Assembly (NCBI GenBank): GCA_965218295.1
Contig: CBDCKN010000009.1
Coordinates: 320,001-384,000, forward strand
Length of the DNA stretch: 64,000 nucleotides
Direction: 5' to 3'
Source: Longimicrobiales bacterium
GTDB taxonomy: Bacteria; Gemmatimonadota; Gemmatimonadetes; Longimicrobiales; Gaopeijiaceae
The position numbers and the translations under genes are program-made. Positions within the stretch are counted from its first letter, which is position 1, and every line of letters starts with the position of its first letter. Under the pieces are notes generated by a model. The model did no database searches. It was not told the DNA's origin and saw only the letters and a program-made list of their open reading frames with translations. Positions 32,761 through 43,080 of this stretch are shown here, piece by piece.

Positions 32761-33534
32761 TCACCGGCTCTCCTTGTGGAATACGGTGGCGGAGCGCTGG
32801 TCGGTGCACATCATGACCAGCTGAAGGACGTTTACGTGGGGCGGTGCGTTGGCCACGTAGCAGACGGCGTCAGCGACGTCGTCCGGAGTGAGGGGTGTGT
32901 AGCCTTGGTAGATCTTCTCCGCCCTTTCCTCATCCCCACTGAATCGTACTAGGGAGAACTCGGTCTCGACGGCCCCGGGGTCGATGCTCGACACGCGGAC
33001 GTTCGTGCCCACGAGATCGATGCTCATCGCCTCGTTCAAGGCATACACCGCGAACTTGGTGGCGCTGTATACGTTGCCAGCGGGGTACACCCACCGTCCC
33101 GCGATGCTCCCGATGTTGATGACGTGGCCCTGGTCCCGTTCGACCATGACAGGGAGGATCGCCCGGGTCATGTAGAGAAGCCCTTTGACGTTGGTGTCGA
33201 TCATCTCCTCCCAATCCTCGATGTCGCCTTCCTGGATCGTGGCGAGCCCCCGGGCGAGACCGGCGTTGTTCAGGAGGATGTCGGGGACGACTCCCCGCTC
33301 CCTCAGGTCTGCGGCCAGCTCGTCGGCGAGGGCCCGGTCCCGCACGTCATGGACCCGGACGGCGACGTCGACCCCGGTCCGTGACAGCTCGTCGCGGATG
33401 GCGTTGAGCCGTTCCTCCCTCCGAGCCAGGAGAATGAGGTTCGCTCCGCGCTCGGCGAAGAGGCGGGCGCAGGACTCGCCGATTCCGGACGTCGCGCCGG
33501 TGATGACGACGGTCTTTCCTTCGATGCGATTCAT
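32761..33534 (-). CDS. SDR oxidoreductase (YdfG-like)
   Basis: TGATSGIG, NNAG and YSATK; ATG at 33534 with GAGGAG RBS. Confidence 0.9.
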   Translation of the reverse strand: MNRIEGKTVVITGATSGIGESCARLFAERGANLILLARREERLNAIRDELSRTGVDVAVRVHDVRDRALADELAADLRERGVVPDILLNNAGLARGLATIQEGDIEDWEEMIDTNVKGLLYMTRAILPVMVERDQGHVINIGSIAGRWVYPAGNVYSATKFAVYALNEAMSIDLVGTNVRVSSIDPGAVETEFSLVRFSGDEERAEKIYQGYTPLTPDDVADAVCYVANAPPHVNVLQLVMMCTDQRSATVFHKESR

Positions 33535-33890
33535 GAAGCGCTCCTCATCCGAGCCCCCTGGTCGGGGAAGTCGACCGCCGGCCCGCCAGGCCGACGGAGT
33601 GCGTGGCTTCAGGTCAGGGCGGGCCCTACGACACCACGGCGTCCGAAGGTGCGCACGCGCGCTGGGATGGGCAATGGGGCCGAGAGGACGCGGGCGGGAG
33701 TCGGTAGAGGTCCCCAACCCACACATTTCTAGATCGGCCTGTGGGCCCAGTGGCGTGGCGTCTTGCAGCTGACGCCTTGGGTTGGCATCGTGATCACACA
33801 GCAGAGTCGCGAGACGTTAGCGTGCGTCACTCTAGAGTTTGAGGGGCCTCGTCTGTGGCGTCTACGTGCCGACTTCGAAGGGAGCAAGCC

Positions 33891-35795
33891 ATGCCTAGTA
33901 ACTATGAGAAACTCTATACACGGTCGCTTGACGACCCGGAAGGCTTCTGGGCCGAAGCCGCCGAAGATGTCCACTGGTATAAGAGATGGGACAAGGTTCT
34001 CGATGATTCACGACAGCCCTTCTATCAGTGGTTCAAGGGCGGTGTGGTCAACAGTTGCTACAATGCCCTCGACCTGCATGTGGCCAACGGGCGAGGTGAT
34101 CAACTGGCACTCGTCTACGATAGCCCCGTCACCGACACCATTAAGGCCTTCACCTATCGTGAGCTGCTGGATCAGGTGGCCCGCTTTGCCGGGGTGCTCG
34201 CCAGCCAGGGGGTACAGCAAGGCGACCGGGTGCTCATCTATATGCCCACGGTGCCTGAGGCAGCCGTCGCCATGCTGGCTTGCGCCCGGATTGGGGCGGT
34301 CCACTCGGTGGTCTTCGGGGGCTTCGCCGCCGACGAGTTGGCCACCCGCATTGATGATGCCAAACCGAAATTGGTCGTCTCCGCCTCCTGCGGCATCGAG
34401 GTAGACCGGGTAATACCCTATAAGCTTCTGCTCGATCAGGCGATTGAGATTGCCTCGGCAAAGCCGGAGCGAAATATCATTCTCCAGCGCCCCCAGTCAG
34501 AGGCGTCCATGGTTGCCGGGCGAGATCTGGATTGGTCTGAACTGATGGCGGGCACGGAACCGGTTGATTGCGTGCCTGTCGCCGCAACCGATCCGCTTTA
34601 CATCCTCTATACCTCCGGCACAACGGGCGTCCCTAAAGGCGTCGTGCGCGATAACGGGGGTCATCTGGTTGCCCTGAAATGGAGCATGAAAAATATTTAC
34701 GGCGTTGATGCAGGCGAGGTTTATTGGGCGGCATCGGATGTGGGTTGGGTCGTCGGCCACTCTTATATCGTTTATGCGCCTCTGTTCAAGGGCTGTACCA
34801 GCATTGTGTACGAGGGCAAACCTGTCGGCACGCCCGACCCTGGCGCGTTCTGGCGGGTCATCTCTGAGCATGGAGTAAATGTTCTGTTCACGGCGCCGAC
34901 AGCTTTCCGAGCCATCAAGCGCGAAGATCCCAACGGCGATCATATCCGCAAGTACGACCTGAGCCCTTTCCGCACCCTTTTTCTGGCCGGTGAGCGATGC
35001 GATCCAGATACCCTCCTGTGGGCACAGAGACACCTCAACGTGCCGGTTATCGACCACTGGTGGCAGACCGAAACCGGCTGGCCGATTGGGGCTAACTGTG
35101 TCGGTCTGGGGATGTTCCCGGTCAAGCCAGGCTCCTGTACGAAGCCTGTACCCGGCTATGACGTGAGCATATTGGATGAGGCGGCCAACGAGGTAGCGGC
35201 CGGTCAAATCGAGAGTATTGCCATCAAGCTGCCCCTACCGCCCGGCTGCCTGCCGACCCTGTGGAACAATGATGCGGGCTACCAAGAAGCTTACCTGAAT
35301 GCCTTTCCCGGCTACTATACTACAGCGGATGCCGGTTACAAGGATGAGGACGGCTACCTCTGGATCATGAGCCGGACTGACGACATCATCAATGTGGCCG
35401 GGCATCGGTTGTCTACCGGGGCGATAGAGGAAGTGCTCGCCTCCCATCCCGACGTGGCTGAATGCGCCGTCCTGGGTATAGCAGACGAGATCAAGGGAGA
35501 GGTCCCACTCGGCACGATCGTGCTGAAAGCGGGCGTACAGCGCGCCCACGGCGAGATTATCCAAGAGCTTATCCAAATGGTGCGGGACAAGATTGGTCCA
35601 GTCGCTTCCTTCAAGATGGTGGCCGTCGTGAAGCGGCTGCCAAAAACGCGGTCGGGCAAGATTTTGCGAGGGACCATGAAGAAGATCGCCGATGGGGTCG
35701 AATACCGCATGCCGGCGACGATCGATGATCCGGCTGTCTTGGACGAAATCGCAGGAGCCTTTGCGGTTTCCTCACAAAGATCGACCGTGAGCTAA
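33891..35795 (+). CDS. prpE: propionyl-CoA synthetase
   Basis: YTSGTTGVPKG, WWQTETG, VAGHRLSTG and LPKTRSGK. LFLAGERCD and VVRDNGG are PrpE-like. Confidence 0.85.
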   Translation: MPSNYEKLYTRSLDDPEGFWAEAAEDVHWYKRWDKVLDDSRQPFYQWFKGGVVNSCYNALDLHVANGRGDQLALVYDSPVTDTIKAFTYRELLDQVARFAGVLASQGVQQGDRVLIYMPTVPEAAVAMLACARIGAVHSVVFGGFAADELATRIDDAKPKLVVSASCGIEVDRVIPYKLLLDQAIEIASAKPERNIILQRPQSEASMVAGRDLDWSELMAGTEPVDCVPVAATDPLYILYTSGTTGVPKGVVRDNGGHLVALKWSMKNIYGVDAGEVYWAASDVGWVVGHSYIVYAPLFKGCTSIVYEGKPVGTPDPGAFWRVISEHGVNVLFTAPTAFRAIKREDPNGDHIRKYDLSPFRTLFLAGERCDPDTLLWAQRHLNVPVIDHWWQTETGWPIGANCVGLGMFPVKPGSCTKPVPGYDVSILDEAANEVAAGQIESIAIKLPLPPGCLPTLWNNDAGYQEAYLNAFPGYYTTADAGYKDEDGYLWIMSRTDDIINVAGHRLSTGAIEEVLASHPDVAECAVLGIADEIKGEVPLGTIVLKAGVQRAHGEIIQELIQMVRDKIGPVASFKMVAVVKRLPKTRSGKILRGTMKKIADGVEYRMPATIDDPAVLDEIAGAFAVSSQRSTVS

Positions 35796-35800
35796 AGACT

Positions 35801-36990
35801 TTGGAAGCACTACATCGGATCCCGATCTCCCAAAGTGAACTGACAGCGCTCATCGAGCGGGCGCAGGAAGAAGGCATATCGCGCCGCCAGCTCATGAAGC
35901 TCTTCGCGGTCGGTGGGATGAGCGCCGTGCTGGCTGCCTGTGAGCGGCCGCCTGCTTCGGGCGGGGCTTCGGCAGGCGCGGAGTCCGGCGGCGCGGAGTC
36001 GCCGTGGCTGAAGAGTCCCGACCCCTTCATCGAGCACCCCACCAACCTGGAGACGCGCCTCGAGCTGCTCGACGGAGTAATCACGCCCAACGAGCTGTTC
36101 TTCGTCCGCAACCACGCGCCCACCCCCCGAATCGACGCCACGGCGTATCGCCTCCGCGTCGAAGGCGACGCAGTCAACGAGCCGGTCGAGCTCACAAGGG
36201 ACGATCTCCGCGCTCTTCCGAGTCGGTCGTGGGTCGGTCCGCCAGCGGTGGGCAGTGGGCCACCGGCGGTGTCGGTTGCGCGGAGTGGAGTGGGCCCACC
36301 CTCGCCTCGGTGCTGGTCCTTGCGGGGGTCCGCGACACCGCGGTGGACGTCGACCTCACCGGTTTCGACGAGGGAGGCTTCAGCCGCGCCATGCCGATCG
36401 ATCGCGCCATGGACCCCACCACGCTTCTCGCCCACACCATGAATGGCGTTGATCTGCCGCCCGACCACGGCTTTCCGCTTCGAGCGGTGGTCCCCGGCTG
36501 GGTAGGAAGCAGTAGCGTCAAGTGGTTGGGGCGTATTGTCGTGACCTCGCAGAAGGTCTGGTCGAAGAACAACACCACGTCGTACGTGCTCATCGGCGAG
36601 GACTGGCCTGCGGAGGGGTACGCCCCGGCGGATGGTGCTCCCATCACCACCGGTGTCGTGAAGAGCGCGCTTGCGCTCCCACGACCGGCCGAGCTCTCCG
36701 CCGGCTCCAACGTGATCTCGGGCTTCGCATACTCCCCCAATGGGCCCGTCCAGCGGGTCGAGTGGAGCGCCGACGCCGGGTCGACCTGGCAGGATGCCCT
36801 CATTCTGGACCCGATCCTTCCCCACGCGTGGCAGCGATTCCAGTTCGACTGGAACGCGCCTGCGGGCCGGCACGCGCTGCTGACGCGTGCGACGGACGCA
36901 GCCGGCCGGAGGCAACCGGACCGGGCCACCTACAACACTAAGGGGTACCTGCTCAACATCGTGCTCCCACACCCGGTCTTGGTCGCTTAA
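35801..36990 (+). pseudogene. Tat-exported sulfite oxidase-family molybdoenzyme; frameshifting deletion near 36230
   Basis: SRRQLMK Tat motif and FFVRNH in one frame; GGVGCAEWSG, DHGFPLR and SVKWL in another. The expected Mo-liganding ECxGN segment is absent. Confidence 0.82.
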
Positions 36991-37046
36991 GCCTGACGGA
37001 GCGCCGACCTATTTCGAGCGATAGCCGGCTGTCCGGGCGAACGGGT

Positions 37047-37409
37047 GTGGCGCTAGCGGTGGGCGTGGTCCTGCTGGCGGGAGTCGGTGTGATCGTTCCG
37101 CGCTGGGTGGCAGGGAGGGGCCGCGTGCGTGCCGCCGAGCTGTACGAGGCGCGCTGCGCGGTTTGCCACGAGGTCGAAGGCGGCATCGGCACCCGACTCG
37201 ACCGCCGGGTCCTGGCTTACTACGAGACCGCTCGGGGCCTCTTCAACTACGTGCGGTTGGCCATGCCCTACGACGCTCCGCGGACCCTTCCGGACGAGGA
37301 GTACTGGTTGGCCGTCGGGCACCTGCTCCGATCGCGTGGGCTGGTAGGTAAGGACGTCGTCGTGAACGCGGCGACGGCCGATGGAATCGAGCTGGAGGGT
37401 GATGGCTGA
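37047..37409 (+). CDS. membrane-anchored monoheme cytochrome c
   Basis: TM helix, CAVCH and distal AMP. Start uncertain. Confidence 0.8.
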   Translation: MALAVGVVLLAGVGVIVPRWVAGRGRVRAAELYEARCAVCHEVEGGIGTRLDRRVLAYYETARGLFNYVRLAMPYDAPRTLPDEEYWLAVGHLLRSRGLVGKDVVVNAATADGIELEGDG

Positions 37410-37641
37410 GCGCGATCACTGCACCGTCCCTGCCGCTCACTTCGTGGCGCTCTACGTACATGCCGAGGTGTCTGGGCGCAGCGCACGGGCATCACGCAGG
37501 ATCAGGTAATCACCGAGTTCGCCCACATCGCGTTCTCTGACATCCGCCACCTGTCCAGCCCCGGTCTTGACCATCGTAAGCTCTTCCTGAGTCATGCTTC
37601 AGGGCTCTCCTTCAGAAGTGGCCCCGGGAACGAACGGCGCC

Positions 37642-37920
37642 GCTGGCCCACTGGTTGTGAGCTTCACATTCGGAGCGTACCATAGCGGACGACCCCCAAG
37701 CTGTGCACGGGAGTGAGTCGCACCGCGTCGAGGTTCAGTGGATGAGCTTCTCGAGCTCCTTCAGCCGGTAGGACCGGCCTTTGAGGTTAAGCATGGCAGT
37801 GCTGGAGCAGCCGTAGAGGAGGGCCGTGGTCACGTTTGTCTCGTGCTTTCACGAGCGCGGTCAGGCCGGCGAGCACCTTGCGACGTGACGTGCACGGTAC
37901 TCACAAGAAAGGAAGATACG
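37642..37920. repeat. upstream block U of the esterase cassette (repeated at 43738-44010)
   Basis: Near-identical to 43738-44010 by direct comparison. Confidence 0.92.
37702..37830 (-). mobile_element. IS21-family remnant (istB 3' end plus probable terminal IR)
   Basis: With small indels the minus strand reads TTALL(DR)LLQHCH(V)LNLKGRSYRLKELEKLIH*, matching the IstB C-terminus. A TGT-starting end motif lies at 37702. Confidence 0.65.
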
Positions 37921-39531
37921 ATGAAGCGCACGTTCAAGAGATTCGCGTTGGGCCTGGCCCTGGCGATTGGAGCGGGGTGGGTCGCCTGCGGTGGGCCGTC
38001 GGCTGCTGTCGCCGACTGCGAGGCGCTCTTCCCGACAAGACCTTTACCACCTGGTCATTCTCCACTGCCGACGGCGGACTTCACGACCATTCAGGATGCG
38101 CCGACGCAGGTGACGGGAGCCCGGGTGGTGGATGCCGCCGGCGATGTGCCCGCCCATTGCCGTGTGGAGGGCTATGTCTCGCCCAATGTCGCATTCGTGT
38201 TACGAATGCCGGGGAGCTCCGACTGGAACGGTAACTTTATGGAGGCGAGCCCTGGCGGCTATGGCGGCTCGACGGAGGCGTCGGCCCCCTGGTGCGATGA
38301 GGGATTGCGGAGAGGCTATGCCTGTATCACGCACGATACGGGCCATACCGGCTGGAATCTCAGGGCCTCGTGGGCCTACAACAATCTCCAGGCGGAGTTT
38401 GATTACGGCATCCGCGGTCACCATGTCGTCGCCCTGGCGGGCAAGGCCATCACAGAACACTACTACGGCAGGGCGCCCGAGTTCTCGTATCATGTTGGCT
38501 GTTCCGGCGGCGGCAAGCAGGGGATGGTCGAAGCGCAGCGATTTCCGTGGAACTTCGACGGCATTCTTGCCATAGAGCCCTCCATCGTGACGTCCACGGG
38601 CGTCATGATCCTGTGGAACGCCTTGGCGACTCATGACGAGGACGGCAATCCGCTTTTCACGCCCGCCGATCTGGACGTGCTTCACGAGGGAGCCATGGCC
38701 GCATGCGATGCGGACGATGGCCTCGAGGATGGGATCATCGGTGGCGATCCCCGGACCTGCACATTCGATCCTGCCGAACTGACCTGTGAGCGGGGTCAGA
38801 GATCGGGCTGTCTGTCGCCGGTCCAGGTGGAGGCGGCCAGGAAAGTCTATGAGGGGCCGGTGACGTCGGAAGGCGAGAAGATCAGCAAATACTTCCCCTG
38901 GTTACCCGCTCTGCCCGGCTCGGAGAAGGGTACCTTCTTTTCCATGGATCGCGAGTATAAGACCAGCTGGTGGCAGTACATGGGTTTCGATCCGGATCCG
39001 GGGCCGAGCTGGAAGGCGACCGATTTTGATTTCGACCACGACTACAAGCGCACCGGGGTGATGGACGCGATTGTGACTGGCTACGGCAATCCCGATCTGC
39101 GTAACCTCAAGGCTGCGGGTGGCAAGCTGATGATCATCCAGGGCTGGGAAGACTCCGGCGCGAACGGGCCACGAGTCACCGCCGATTATTATGAGATGGC
39201 GGAGAGAATCATGGGCGGGCGGGCCAGCACCCAAGAGTCTGTTCGGCTGTTCATGATTCCGGGGCGGTCGCATTGCTCTGGTGGCGTGGGTGCGGCCAGC
39301 GGCGACTTTTTCAGCTATCTAGAAACCTGGGTCGAACAGGGTCAGACGCCCGATATGATGATAGGCTATCATGCCGACGGAATGACTTCCGTTGAAGCGA
39401 GTTCATCGGTACCCGACAGGTACGAATTCACTCGGCCCCATTATCCATATCCGCTCCAGGCGAGATACAAAGGGAGTGGCGATCCTAACGACTACCGGAG
39501 TTTCGAGCCTGTCGAACCAAGGCGTCGCTGA
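37921..39531 (+). CDS. tannase/feruloyl esterase family alpha/beta hydrolase, copy 1
   Basis: WNG, DTGH, GCSGGG nucleophile elbow, Ca-binding CDADDGLEDG, GWED and PGRSHC. Signal peptide with AAGGAAG RBS. Confidence 0.92.
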   Translation: MKRTFKRFALGLALAIGAGWVACGGPSAAVADCEALFPTRPLPPGHSPLPTADFTTIQDAPTQVTGARVVDAAGDVPAHCRVEGYVSPNVAFVLRMPGSSDWNGNFMEASPGGYGGSTEASAPWCDEGLRRGYACITHDTGHTGWNLRASWAYNNLQAEFDYGIRGHHVVALAGKAITEHYYGRAPEFSYHVGCSGGGKQGMVEAQRFPWNFDGILAIEPSIVTSTGVMILWNALATHDEDGNPLFTPADLDVLHEGAMAACDADDGLEDGIIGGDPRTCTFDPAELTCERGQRSGCLSPVQVEAARKVYEGPVTSEGEKISKYFPWLPALPGSEKGTFFSMDREYKTSWWQYMGFDPDPGPSWKATDFDFDHDYKRTGVMDAIVTGYGNPDLRNLKAAGGKLMIIQGWEDSGANGPRVTADYYEMAERIMGGRASTQESVRLFMIPGRSHCSGGVGAASGDFFSYLETWVEQGQTPDMMIGYHADGMTSVEASSSVPDRYEFTRPHYPYPLQARYKGSGDPNDYRSFEPVEPRRR

Positions 39532-39557
39532 GGTCAAAGAAAAGAAAGGAAGATACG

Positions 39558-41228
39558 ATGAAGCACACGTTCAAGAGATTCACGGTGGGCCTGGCCCTGG
39601 CGATGGGAGCGGTGTGGGTCGGGGCCGGCAGCCCGAGCGCCGGTGCGATCCTGGCCGTTGAGACAGATCCCAGCGAGGCGGTCCGGCCCGGTGGGCCGTC
39701 GGCTGCTGTCGCCGACTGCGAGGAGCTCTTGCCGACAAGCACTTTACCTGGTCGTCCTACGCTGCCGACGCCGGACTTCACGACCATTCAGGATGCGCCG
39801 ACGCAGGTGACGGAAGCCCGGGTGGTGAATGCCGCCGGCGATGTGCCCGCCCATTGTCGTGTGGAGGGCTATGTCACGCCCAATGTCGAATTCGTGTTAC
39901 GACTGCCGAGGAGCTTCGACTGGAACGGTAACTTTCTGGAGGCGAGCCCTGGCGGCTATGGCGGCTCGACGGAGGCGCGGGTCCTTTGGTGCGATGAGGC
40001 ATTGCGGAGAGGCTATGCCTGCATCACGCACGATACGGGCCATACGGGCATAAGCTCCAGGGCCTCGTGGGCCTACAACAATCTCCAGGCGGAGTTTGAT
40101 TACGGCATCCGCGGCCACCATGTCGTCGCCCTGGCGGGCAAGGCCATCACAGAACACTACTACGGCAGGGCGCCAGAGTTCTCCTACCATGCTGGCTGTT
40201 CCGGCGGCGGCAAGCAGGGGATGGTCGAAGCACAGCGATTTCCGTGGAACTTCGACGGCATTCTCGCTCTGGAGCCCTCCACCGTGACGGCATCGGGCGT
40301 CATGATCCTTTGGAACGCCTTGGCGACTCATGACGAGGACGGCAATCCGCTTTTCACGCCCGCCGATCTGGACGTGCTTCACGCGGGAGCCATCGCCGCA
40401 TGCGATGCGGACGATGGCCTCGAGGATGGGATCATCGGTGGCGATCCCCGGACCTGTGAATTCGATCCTGCCGAACTGACCTGCGAGCGGGGTCAGAGAT
40501 CGGGCTGTCTGTCGCCGGTCCAGGTGGAGGCGGCCAGGAAAGTCTACAGCGGGCCGGTGACGTCGGAAGGCGAGAAGCTCAGCAGATACTTCCCCTGGTA
40601 CCCCGCCACGCCCGGCTCGGAGCTGGGTACCTACTTTTCCATGGATCGCGAGTATAAGACCAGTTACTGGCAGTACATGGGTTTCAATCCGGATCCGGGG
40701 CCGAGCTGGAAGGCGACCGATTTTGATTTCGACCACGATTACAAGCGCACCGGGATGATGGACGGGATTGTGAGTGGCTACAGGAATCCCGATCTGCGTA
40801 ACCTCAAGGCTGCGGGTGGCAAGCTGATGATCGTCCAGGGCTGGGAAGACTCCGGCCTTCCCGGGCCGCGAGTCAGCGTCGACTACTATGAGATGGCGGA
40901 AAGAATCATAGGCGGGCGGGCCAGCACCCAGGAATTTTATCGCCTCTTCATGATTCCGGGGCGGTCGCATTGCTCTGATGGCGTTGGTGCGTTCAGCGGC
41001 GACTTTCTCAGTTATCTCGAAGCCTGGGTCGAAAAGGGTCAGGCGCCCGACATGATGATAGGCTATCATGCCGAAGGAATGAATTCCTTTGAAGCGAATT
41101 CATCGGTACCCGACAGGTACGAATTCACTCGGCCTCATTATCCATATCCGCTGCAGGCGAGATACAAAGGCAGCGGCGATCCTAACGACTACCGGAATTT
41201 CGAGCCTGTCGAACCGAGGCGTCGCTGA
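39558..41228 (+). CDS. tannase/feruloyl esterase family alpha/beta hydrolase, copy 2
   Basis: Same motifs as copy 1; intact. Confidence 0.92.
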   Translation: MKHTFKRFTVGLALAMGAVWVGAGSPSAGAILAVETDPSEAVRPGGPSAAVADCEELLPTSTLPGRPTLPTPDFTTIQDAPTQVTEARVVNAAGDVPAHCRVEGYVTPNVEFVLRLPRSFDWNGNFLEASPGGYGGSTEARVLWCDEALRRGYACITHDTGHTGISSRASWAYNNLQAEFDYGIRGHHVVALAGKAITEHYYGRAPEFSYHAGCSGGGKQGMVEAQRFPWNFDGILALEPSTVTASGVMILWNALATHDEDGNPLFTPADLDVLHAGAIAACDADDGLEDGIIGGDPRTCEFDPAELTCERGQRSGCLSPVQVEAARKVYSGPVTSEGEKLSRYFPWYPATPGSELGTYFSMDREYKTSYWQYMGFNPDPGPSWKATDFDFDHDYKRTGMMDGIVSGYRNPDLRNLKAAGGKLMIVQGWEDSGLPGPRVSVDYYEMAERIIGGRASTQEFYRLFMIPGRSHCSDGVGAFSGDFLSYLEAWVEKGQAPDMMIGYHAEGMNSFEANSSVPDRYEFTRPHYPYPLQARYKGSGDPNDYRNFEPVEPRRR

Positions 41229-41295
41229 GATCAAGGAAAGGAAGAGTCGCTGAGATCAAGGAAAGGAAGAGTCGCTGAGATCAAGGAAAGGAAGA
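41221..41295. repeat. 25-bp tandem repeat x3 spanning a stop codon and RBS
   Basis: GTCGCTGAGATCAAGGAAAGGAAGA three times. Confidence 0.95.
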
Positions 41296-41296
41296 T

Positions 41297-42972
41297 ATGA
41301 TGAAGCGCACGTTCAAGAGATTCACGGTGGGCCTGTCGCTCGCGATGGGAGCGGTGTGGGTCGGGGCCGGCAGCCCGAGCGCCGGTGCGATCCTGGCCGT
41401 TGAGACAGATCCCAGCGAGGCGGCCCGGCCCGGTGGCCCGTCGGCTGCTGTCGCCGACTGCGAGGCGCTCTTCCCGACAAGACCTTTACCTGGTCATCCT
41501 CCGCTGCCGACGGCGGACTTCACGACCATTCAGGATGCGCCGACGCAGGTGACGGGAGCCCGGGTGGTGGATGCCGCCGGCGATGTGCCCGCCCATTGCC
41601 TGGTGGAGGGCTATGTCTCGCCCAATGTCGAATTCGTGTTACGACTGCCGGGGAGCTCCGACTGGAACGGCAATTTTCTGGAGGCGAGCCCTGGCGGATA
41701 TGGCGGTGGGCGGGGAATTAGGAGCTCCCGGTGCGATGAGGGATTGCGGAGAGGCTATGCCTGCATCACGCACGATACGGGCCATACCGGCATAGGCTCC
41801 AGGGCCTCGTGGGCCTACAACAATCTCCAGGCGGAGTTTGATTACGGCATCCGCGGTCACCATGTCGTCGCCCTGGCGGGCAAGGCCATCACAGAACACT
41901 ACTACGGCAGGGCGCCAGAGTTCTCCTATCATATTGGCGGTTCTGGCGGTGGCAAGCAGGGGATGGTCGAAGCGCAGCGATTTCCGTGGAACTTCGACGG
42001 CATTCTTGCCATAGTGCCCTCCACCGTGACGGCATCGGGCGTCATGATCCTTTGGAACGCCTTGGCGACTCATGACGAGGACGGCAATCCGCTTTTCACG
42101 CCCGCCGATCTGGACGTGCTTCACGCGGGAGCCATCGCCGCATGCGATGCGGACGATGGCCTCGAGGATGGGATCATCGGTGGCGATCCCCGGACCTGCA
42201 CGTTCGATCCTGCCGAACTGACCTGCGAGCGGGGTCAGAGATCGGGCTGTCTGTCGCCGGTCCAGGTGGAGGCGGCCAGGAAAGTCTACAGCGGGCCGGT
42301 GACGTCGGAAGGCGAGAAGCTCAGCAGATACTTCCCCTGGTACCCCGCCACGCCCGGCTCGGAGCTGGGTACCTACTTTTCCATGGATCGCGAGTATAAG
42401 ACCAGTTACTGGCAGTACATGGGTTTCAATCCGGATCCGGGGCCGAGCTGAGCTGGAAGGCGACCGACTTTGATTTCGACCACGACTACAAGCGCACCGG
42501 GATGATGGACGCGATTGTGAATGGCTACAACAATCCCGATCTGCGTAACTTCAAGGCTGCGGGTGGCAAGCTGATGATCGTCCAGGGCTGGGAAGACTCC
42601 GGCCTTCCCGGGCCGCGAGTCAGCGTCGATTACTATGAGATGGTGGAAAGAGTCATGGGCGGGCGGGCCAGCACCCAGGAATTTTATCGCCTCTTCATGA
42701 TTCCGGGGGGGGCGCATGGCAATAGTGGCGATGGCGCGGCCAGCGGCGACTTTCTCAGCTATCTAGAAGCCTGGGTCGAAGAGGGTCAGGCGCCCGACAT
42801 GATGATAGGCTATCATCCCGAAGGACTTTCCGGTAATGCGAGTACATCGGTACCCAACAGGTACGAATTCACTCGGCCTCATTATCCATATCCGCTGCAG
42901 GCGAGATACAAAGGCAGCGGCGATCCGAACGACTATCGGAACTTCGAGCCTGTCGAACCAAGGAATCGCTGA
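41297..42972 (+). pseudogene. tannase/feruloyl esterase copy 3, interrupted by a 5-bp duplication at about 42446-42455
   Basis: CCG-AGCTG-AGCTG-GAAG versus CCG-AGCTG-GAAG in copies 1 and 2 creates TGA at 42449. The remainder is in ORF 42502-42972. Confidence 0.9.
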
Positions 42973-43071
42973 GGTCGTACGTTCCGTCATAAAAGCCCCG
43001 GGTCCCACGAGATCCGCTACCAGGCCGGCATCTGGGAGCGCGAGCACAGGAGCGTGCTCGTCGGGCTCGAG
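42973..43071. repeat. downstream block D of the esterase cassette (repeated at 45673-45771)
   Basis: Near-identical at an offset of 2700 bp. Confidence 0.92.
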
Positions 43072-43080
43072 CGGCCGTAG

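Noticed and set aside
37406..37595. Short minus-strand ORF (MTQEELTMVKTG...) with an RBS
   Set aside because: Probably a gene remnant, but I cannot assign a family.
41221..41295. Possible CRISPR array (also 26523-26579 and 47128-47172)
   Set aside because: The units are adjacent with no unique spacers and no cas genes are present.
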